A DNA stretch of 64,000 nucleotides from Octopus vulgaris (taxonomy: Eukaryota), in assembly GCA_951406725.2 (NCBI GenBank), contig OX597818.1:34162001-34226000 (forward strand). Reading direction: 5' to 3'. Below the pieces are notes generated by a model that had not been told where the DNA came from, searched no databases, and saw only the letters and a list, made by a program, of their open reading frames with translations. How positions within the stretch are numbered: position 1 is the stretch's first letter; every line of letters begins with the position of its first letter. The position numbers and the translations under genes were made by a program. Below are positions 56,638 to 64,000 of the stretch, piece by piece.

Positions 56638-57658
56638 TGTACATTCTTATATATAATTACCATATTCTCTGGAGCATTTTTCACCAAGATATACAAACAC
56701 TCTTAAAATTATTTTATATATATTTTATATACATGCATATTTTATATACGCTCGATATACAAAGCTATATTCAATCCATACATGCATATAAGTACGTAGA
56801 TAATGCACGCACATACACACACAGACATGCACGCACAGACACACAGATACACACTCACACACACGCTATGCACGTACTTATACATGTACATCAATCTAAA
56901 CACACATATATTCACACATTTTCGCGAACACAGAGATATATAAACCCATGTGCGCACGCGCGCGCACGCACACACACATACACACACACATCCGTCACAC
57001 ACTGTTATTCACAGAGCATTACACACTTTTATTAAGACACATGGAATAAGTTGTTAAATGTTGACATTGATTTTGTCGCCTTCTATAAATAATGACGTCA
57101 CATCTCTGGTCCCATCCAATACGGGAGCTTCTATGTGGTTGTTCGTTGAGTTAGAAATAGCAGCCAAATGTCCCTCATAAGATTATATAAAACTAGATGC
57201 ATGAACTAAATGGTTGGACCAAATAGGGAATACTTTTAAGCTCAGGATTGCTCGATCAAATCTGATCTAGGCCTAAAACAACGATAAAAAACGACTTATT
57301 ATTTACCAAGACAATGAGTGCCTCTACGAGGCCGCTAGAACTGCTAGAAACAGCTGTAACTTCTCTCTCAAATCATATTTAACTGATTTGAATAAAGAAA
57401 GAACACATTTATTTAATTCTATGTACACATGAATAACGGGATGGTTACGGTTGAAATGTCTTTCATTGTAAGTCTGTTGAATCCAGGTTGACCTGTGGCT
57501 AAACAACAGCTATATGAGGGAGTCAGCAGAATATCAATCAAGTAGGTAATGTAGAAATGCTGCTCAATGACCAAAGATGATAATGCCATCATAAATTCTA
57601 TGATATAATCATGCGACATAATGGAGAACTAATTCTTCTGTCTCCTCTTTATAAAATA

Positions 57659-58352
57659 CTAACAGTATAGCCCGGCGTTGCTCGGGTTTGTTTTTTAGTT
57701 GCGCGTAAAACGGCAGACTTTGATGTCGCGTTAACAAAGTTTTGACATAGTTTCAATCTTTTTTGAAACGTAAAGATGTTGCATTATGTAGCTTGTTATT
57801 CTCTTTAGATGAACATTTTTCTGGTTGAAATATACCGAAAAATGGCGACACAGCTGTCAAAAAATCGTAAAAAATAGGGATTTTCATAGAAAAGAAGTAC
57901 CTTTTTGATATAAATAATTTTTGGTCTTAACATGGTCCGATTTGAATTTTTTTTCTTCTACGGAATGAAGAGCAAGCCTTCTTCTATCATACTCTCAATT
58001 TTGGTCAACTTGCGCCGCAGGGTCTCGGAGGAGATAGTGTTAGTTGAAGGCTACCAAACCTATTTCTTTACTACCCACAAGGGGTTAAACACAGAGAGGA
58101 CAAACAAACGGATTAAGTCGATTACATCGACCCTAGTGCGTAACTGGTACTTAATTTATCGACCCCGAAAGGATGAAAGGCAAAGTTGACCTCGGCGGAA
58201 TTTGAACTCAGAACGTAATGGCAGACGAAATACGGCTACGCATTTCGCCCGGTGTGCTAACGTTTCTGCCAGTTCGCCGCCTGAAGGCAACCAAACCTGC
58301 CACACGCACACACACACACACACACAGACAACTTCAGCTTTATATGTATAGA
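57659..58352 (-). mobile_element. second Helitron subfamily with nested SINE B (58062-58281)
   Basis: Same hairpin (CCCGGCGTTGCTCGGG on +) and a TC start at 58352. The nested SINE is flanked by TGAAGGC(T/A)ACCAAACCT at 58045-58061 and 58282-58298. Confidence 0.75.
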
Positions 58353-58949
58353 TTAATGGAATAGCAAAAAATATGGGAGCAGTGATCGAGTGATATTTCC
58401 TAAGTACACTTTCTGTTTATTATTCCCTTTTGAATTCCTCTAAGAAGTATACACTTTCTTCCTAGTACTCCACGTAATTCGCCTTCTATTCGAATTCATT
58501 CTCCCACCTTTTATCCTGCTTCTTTCTATCAATATTCAGTCTGAAACTTATGTAAAACTTATTATTTCTTATTCGCTTCAACACCTCCTCTCGTAAACGC
58601 TGTTTCCGTGTTGAGAAATTGTATGTATAAATTCGTTGCAAATTTATAAATGAAGCTGATTTCTGAATAATAATTCTATTTTTGCAGTATCATGAGATAA
58701 TCTGTCTGCAATTTGTTTTGCAATCTAATAATACATACTCAGAAACAAAGATGGAATCTAATCGAAATAGCTTACAGTTTTGAGAAACCCTTGTACCGGA
58801 CTAATCGGTTCGGTTTGGTAGCATTGTACGTTGTGATAAAAAAACACAATACAGCTGGTTTTGCCCAGCAATTTTCGTTGAGTTTTCACTTATTAAGTGT
58901 CTGTCAGTTTTGTATTTTCATCTAGGTTTCAAGGATAAGTAATAACCAA

Positions 58950-59420
58950 ACGATGAAGCACATGACCCAATCTACAAACCAGTGACTTGAACTTATAAAG
59001 AAGTTTGAGGCTGGTAGGAAGGGTTTGTGAAAAGTATGATGTTGGAAAGCAAAGCTAAGGACAAATATATTGTATTTCCTTTAGAAATATAAGGCTGTTA
59101 CAAACTCTAAAACATCAGCTTTTCGTGTGTGGAAGCATATGAGAGTTACAAGAGTTACAAATCTTGATGAGGTTGCGACAAAGAAGTTATCTATCAACGA
59201 TCCTGTAGTAACACCGTCTGAAGTGCAGACGCTCAAAGTACTACTGCCACTCTCGCTAGGCAAATGTGTATCGGGAATTCCAAAGCTAGTGACTGGCGGT
59301 TTAAGTGGTGTCACAGAATGAGTAATAAAATTACCCATGGTGATGCGGACAGCACACAAACCGAGGAAATCACATCATTCATGAAGAAATCAAATGATTT
59401 ATATAATAGAAAATGTAAAT
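58950..59420 (+). pseudogene. decayed pogo/Tigger-like (CENP-B HTH type) transposase N-terminus
   Basis: Fragments KHMT...LELIKKFEAG, KYDVGKQ, RVTNLDE and EFQASDWRFK...HGDADS resemble the psq/CENP-B HTH region. Confidence 0.55.
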
Positions 59421-60190
59421 AAATTTCTTTGCTATTACTGGGTAGAAATAGGGTACTCAGTTTCCTCCCTTGTTATTCGTATTCCCCTTCTCTAGAGTAT
59501 GTGTGCATTTGATTTGTGTGTTTACAAGCATTGCTGACTTAAGTCCGTACTCCTGCAATAGACAATGTAACGATTATATTGCATTTAAGAATCAAGCTCA
59601 AATTCCTGTATTTATTTGATTCACAATTTACGTCACAGATATCTTTGCCACGTAGATTTACCGTTAAGAAATAGTAACCAAGAAAGAAGCAGTTCAGACA
59701 GAAAAGATTTTTTTTTCTTTATTCCCTTATACAAAGGGTACATAGAGGGGACAAACAAGGGCAGACAAGGAACATATAAGGGTCAAACGCGCCCATTACA
59801 CAAATTAAAAACGGATGGGTTTATACATGAGAATAAAATGATATGAAAACGAGTGATTAAATTAAAAATATAAATGATGGGTATTACATTATTCTATTCG
59901 GGTTAGTGGACTAACCCGCCGGTTGGTTTCCTTTTAAGTAATTACTTTCCATTCCCTTGCACGTGGACCGACTGTGCAAGCACGGCACCTTGCATACTCA
60001 ACTTCCTTACAACTTCCATCCATCTTTTTCCAACATCGAAGTTGTTGAATATTTCGTCACTAACTTCGATGATTCGACATTTATGACGTCACCCTAAATG
60101 TAAGTAAGATTATTATGTGTACAAGACCATCTATTTGTGACCAACAAAGATTCAGTAAAAAGATTTTTACATCATTTAGCATCAAACAGT

Positions 60191-61530
60191 CGTCGTCGCA
60201 GTCGTCGTTGTCATGTATCGTTCGCCTGCAGCGGTTGGATGACACTACAACGGAAGTCTCCCCTATAAAGCGCGAGTTCTCCAGCTGCCTTGCCATTTTT
60301 GTCCAACCGGCTCTTGATACCGTCCATCCATTGCGCTATTTGCCTGCCATTACGTCTACTACCCACTACTATTACTTCCATGATAATGTATTTCAAGGAT
60401 CGTTACCTTTTCACCTACAGATTTAACAAATAATTTTTTGTAACCAAACACTTTCAAACTTCGGACACTGATAGAATGTGTCATATAAAACATGTTTTAC
60501 TCTTAACAATTTTGAGAAAAACTTATATTTACGAAGATATTTCACCTTAAATTTCTCGTGTTTCGGTAATTTCAACCAATTGATGACATGTATTCAGCTG
60601 AATAAAATTACTGCCGTTGTTTGTCCACAAGAACCTCCGGCGGTGTATATTTCATTTGTTACTGTTATTTATGACAACCCTAACCTTAACCCTAAAACCT
60701 TAACTCTAACCCTAAAACCCTAACCCTAACCCTAAAATCCTAACTCTAAAACCCTAACCCTAAAACCCTAACCCTAAAACCTTAAAACCAGTACAAACGC
60801 ACGAACGATGTCATAAATATCAGTTACAAACGAAAATTACACCGCCGATAGTTGTTGACAAACAACGGTTGTAATTTTATTCAGCTGAATACACGTCATT
60901 GATTGGTTGAAATTACCGAAATACGAAAACTTTAACGTGAAATATTTTCGTAAATATAAGCTTTTCTCAAAAATGCTAAGACTAAAAGATGTTTTATATG
61001 ACACATTCTACCAGTGTCCGAAGTTTGAAAGTGTTTAGTTACAAAAAATTATTTTTTAAATCTGTAGGTCAAAAGGTAAAGATCCTATTTCAAACTTCTG
61101 CTTCTTCGAATATGGCAATAACAGATGAGCTTTTGTTTCTCCACATTGTTCGGTTGTCGTTGTCTTTCGCCTACTTGTAACACTCATGCATGTGACCGAT
61201 GATCCTTGTAAGAGACTCGTAACCTTCTCCTAGACACCCACATTTCAAACGTATTGATTATGTTCTCTTCAAACTTGTCAAAGTACATGTTTCGCAACCA
61301 TAAATGCTTATTGGCCATATGAGCACTCACACCAGTCATGATGATAGGAAAAGAAAAAGGAACTGTTAACGTGAAACTGGGCGGTGAGAAGCTCGAACAT
61401 GTTGAATTGTACGAGACCAGATCTCTGATGAAGCCACATCTAAGAAAGAAATTAGGAGACAGCTAATCATGGCAAGGACGTCCATGGATAAACTTAATAA
61501 AATCTGGACCAGAAAAAGGGTCCCAAGTTA
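60191..61530 (-). mobile_element. 5'-truncated, 5'-inverted RTE LINE with 10-bp TSD
   Basis: Minus peptides WPISIYGCE, NTFEMWVSRR and GSRRNGRQ..WMDGI, with a (GAC)n-like tail. A plus-strand piece reads KEIRRQLIMAR..KLNKIW. ATCAAACAGT occurs at 60181-60190 and 61531-61540. Confidence 0.85.
60397..61085. mobile_element. long-TIR MITE (GG...CC ends, 8-bp TSD; Merlin- or MULE-like) with telomeric-repeat core
   Basis: About 280-bp inverted arms, TSD TATTTCAA (60389-60396 and 61086-61093), and a central CCCTAA/CCCTAAAA array at about 60676-60789. Confidence 0.85.
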
Positions 61531-61640
61531 ATCAAACAGTAGAAAAGTTATAAGCAGATACAACAGTGAAAAAAACCAAGCTGAGGCCTGGTTGTCAAGA
61601 AAAACGCCAGTAACAACTCAAATACGCCAACTATAACATG

Positions 61641-61710
<70 letters not shown>

Positions 61711-61807
61711 CACTTATCAGTAAGAAAGGAAGCAATCGAACTTTCTTATTGGCAGCTTTGTTGCGTCACTGAACTTTGCTACTGAACTTTTCCATCTGAA
61801 AAAGACT

Positions 61808-62803
61808 TTTAAACTTTCTCAACTTGTGTAGACTTTATTGATAACTTTCACAGTGTCATGTTCTGGACTTAGCACGATCTATCAATATGTATGAACTTTC
61901 TTGAACTGTATGAACTTTCTTTACACTTCGTTCACGACACAGCTCTATTGCATATATTTTTACTAAGGTTAACCAAGAACGAGCTATGACTTCTGAAAGA
62001 AATAAGAGATAGCGAGCATTGCCGCCTTTAAAATATCACATTATATTTGCCCGTTTAGCAATTGCAGGCAGAAAATAATATCTGTTATCTTTTATTTATT
62101 TCAGTCATTACTCTGCAGACATGTAAGGGCTCAGCCTTGAGGGTTTAGACGAACAAATCGGCCTCAAAACAATTTTTAAAGTCTGGTACTGATGCTACCT
62201 ACTTTTGCCAAACCGTTGTAGCAATGTAGATTTAACAATACTATCTCCTTTGTAGTTATCTTTTTTCTAAAGAATAAATTTATATTTCTGTAAATCAGAG
62301 CTGAAATCCTAAACAACTACAAATATCCAATCACAAGTTAAAACTCTATAGTGTATTTGCATAAAAAATTTAGCGTAATTACATTTCAAGGCACTCTGTT
62401 TCTACATTAATAATTTCGATATATAAGTGTGTATGGGTATACATATATATGTTTTGAAATAAGTATATATGAATATATATGTATGTGTATCATGTATGTG
62501 TATACGCATGTGCGTATCTTTATATGTGTATGTATGGTGTATGGTAAGTATATATAGGCTTATAAATGTATGTATGAGTATGTGCATGCGAGCAATGCTA
62601 GCTATGATGGCTTAGATAGTTCTGATTAGCCTTAATAAATATAAAACGCCTTAGATTGGTATTGTAAACCAAGTGGAACGGAAGTTCAGATAATTTGAGA
62701 AAGTTCATACAAGTTGATAGATGGTGTTACGTTGACTATAAGACATTATTATGAAAGTTGTCAATAATTTCAGAAAGTCTCCGTAAGCTGAGTAAGTTTA
62801 AAA
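61808..62803. repeat. old diverged inverted repeat pair
   Basis: 61808-61920 aligns by eye to the reverse complement of 62677-62803 (e.g. ATCTATCAA..TGTATGAACTTTCT). Confidence 0.6.
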
Positions 62804-63204
62804 TTATTAAATTATTGTGAGCGGGCAAATCAGCGTGATTCAAAGCAATGACGTCTATATTTAGACCTCTAAAAAAGTTTCGGTAGATTTGAACGTGCAT
62901 CTGCATTTCATTGTTGGGTTTCGTCTTCCGAGAACAACTTCTACTTTAGACATGTATATTGACAACTTATTTCAATGAAGAGACACAGTCATACCGAAAC
63001 ACCGGTGTCTCACAGTCCCTTACAGTACTGAACCATTTGTGTTATTAATATACATTATGTAAAAAGAATTACTTTCCGAAGACTAAGTCCTACAGCCAAT
63101 TGCACAATCATTTCCAAATCTGCCGGAACGTGTTGTCAACAAATATACATATCACTTTTTCATTCTTGTTGCTTTGCACGCTCCCAATAATTTATTGTCA
63201 GTTT

Positions 63205-63406
63205 CTTTCACTCTTTTATTCTTTTACTTGTTTCAGTCATTTGACTGCGGCCATGCTGGAGCACCGCCTTTAGAGTCGAGCAAATCGACCCCAGGACTTA
63301 TTTTATCGGTCTCTTTTTACCGGACCGCTAAGCTACGGGTACGCAAACACATCAGCATCGGTTGTCAAGCGATGTTGAAGGGACAAACAAAGACACACAA
63401 ACATAT

Positions 63407-63437
<31 letters not shown>

Positions 63438-63620
63438 GACATACATATATACGACGGGCTTCTTTCAGTTTCCGTCTACCAAATCCACACACAAGGCTTT
63501 GGTCGGCCTGAGGCTATATAGTAGAAGACACTTGCCCAAGGTACCACGCAGTGGGACTGAACCCGGAACCATGTGGCTGGTAAGCAAGCTACTTACCACA
63601 CAGCCACTCCTGCGCCTATA
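63205..63620 (-). mobile_element. SINE family A
   Basis: Full reverse copy. Confidence 0.85.
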
Positions 63621-64000
63621 GTTTGGTAGACATTAGCACACATCAGCACATATTTTAGTATACTCATTTCTATAAATGAGAGCGACCGTTTTTGTTTACA
63701 TTTAATGTTTTGGGCGAAGTCTCTGAGTAAAGAGATGTCACACCGGTGTCTGTGTTGTTAACGCATTATGTCTGAAAGGAGAAGTTGTTCTGTGATAGTG
63801 AAACGCAACAACGAATAGCATATTCACGTTCACATCTGCTGGAACGTCTTAAAAGTGAATGTACACATTAGTGGTAGTGTACTTTCTGAATTTTTTTATC
63901 AATTGTTTCCTGTTGACCGAACTGTAAAACTGCTTCTAGTTTTCATTTATCACAGTTTCGTGAAAAAGGTCTTTTTTACGGAATGATAATGTATGTATGA

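Noticed and set aside
60676-60789. Chromosome end or fusion site
   Set aside because: The array is short, degenerate, in one orientation only, and enclosed by MITE arms with a TSD.

Overview
A eukaryotic, AT-rich window saturated with microsatellites. It is almost certainly intronic or intergenic DNA from an octopus-like coleoid cephalopod (inferred from the SINE families and repeat density, not from a database search). No intact host protein-coding gene is supportable: nearly all long ORFs are microsatellite translations. The content is dozens of tRNA-derived SINEs (three or more families), RTE and R4/Dong-like LINE fragments, a full-length but dead Tc1-like element with DD36E spacing, a deleted mariner, a pogo/Tigger relic, non-autonomous Helitrons, and MITEs. 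The most notable signal is a set of unrelated small repeats that each carry a type I hammerhead ribozyme fold with a palindromic helix III. These include a 353-nt retrozyme-like monomer with an intact core (28.7-29.1 kb), a two-copy family whose core has the compensatory C3G/G8C swap (10.4 and 21.9 kb), a tRNA-headed SINE carrying a hammerhead (53.0-53.3 kb), and a further intact copy at 45.9 kb. There is also a long-TIR MITE with a telomere-repeat core nested inside a 5'-inverted RTE. All folds and alignments were done by eye, and SINE boundaries are approximate.
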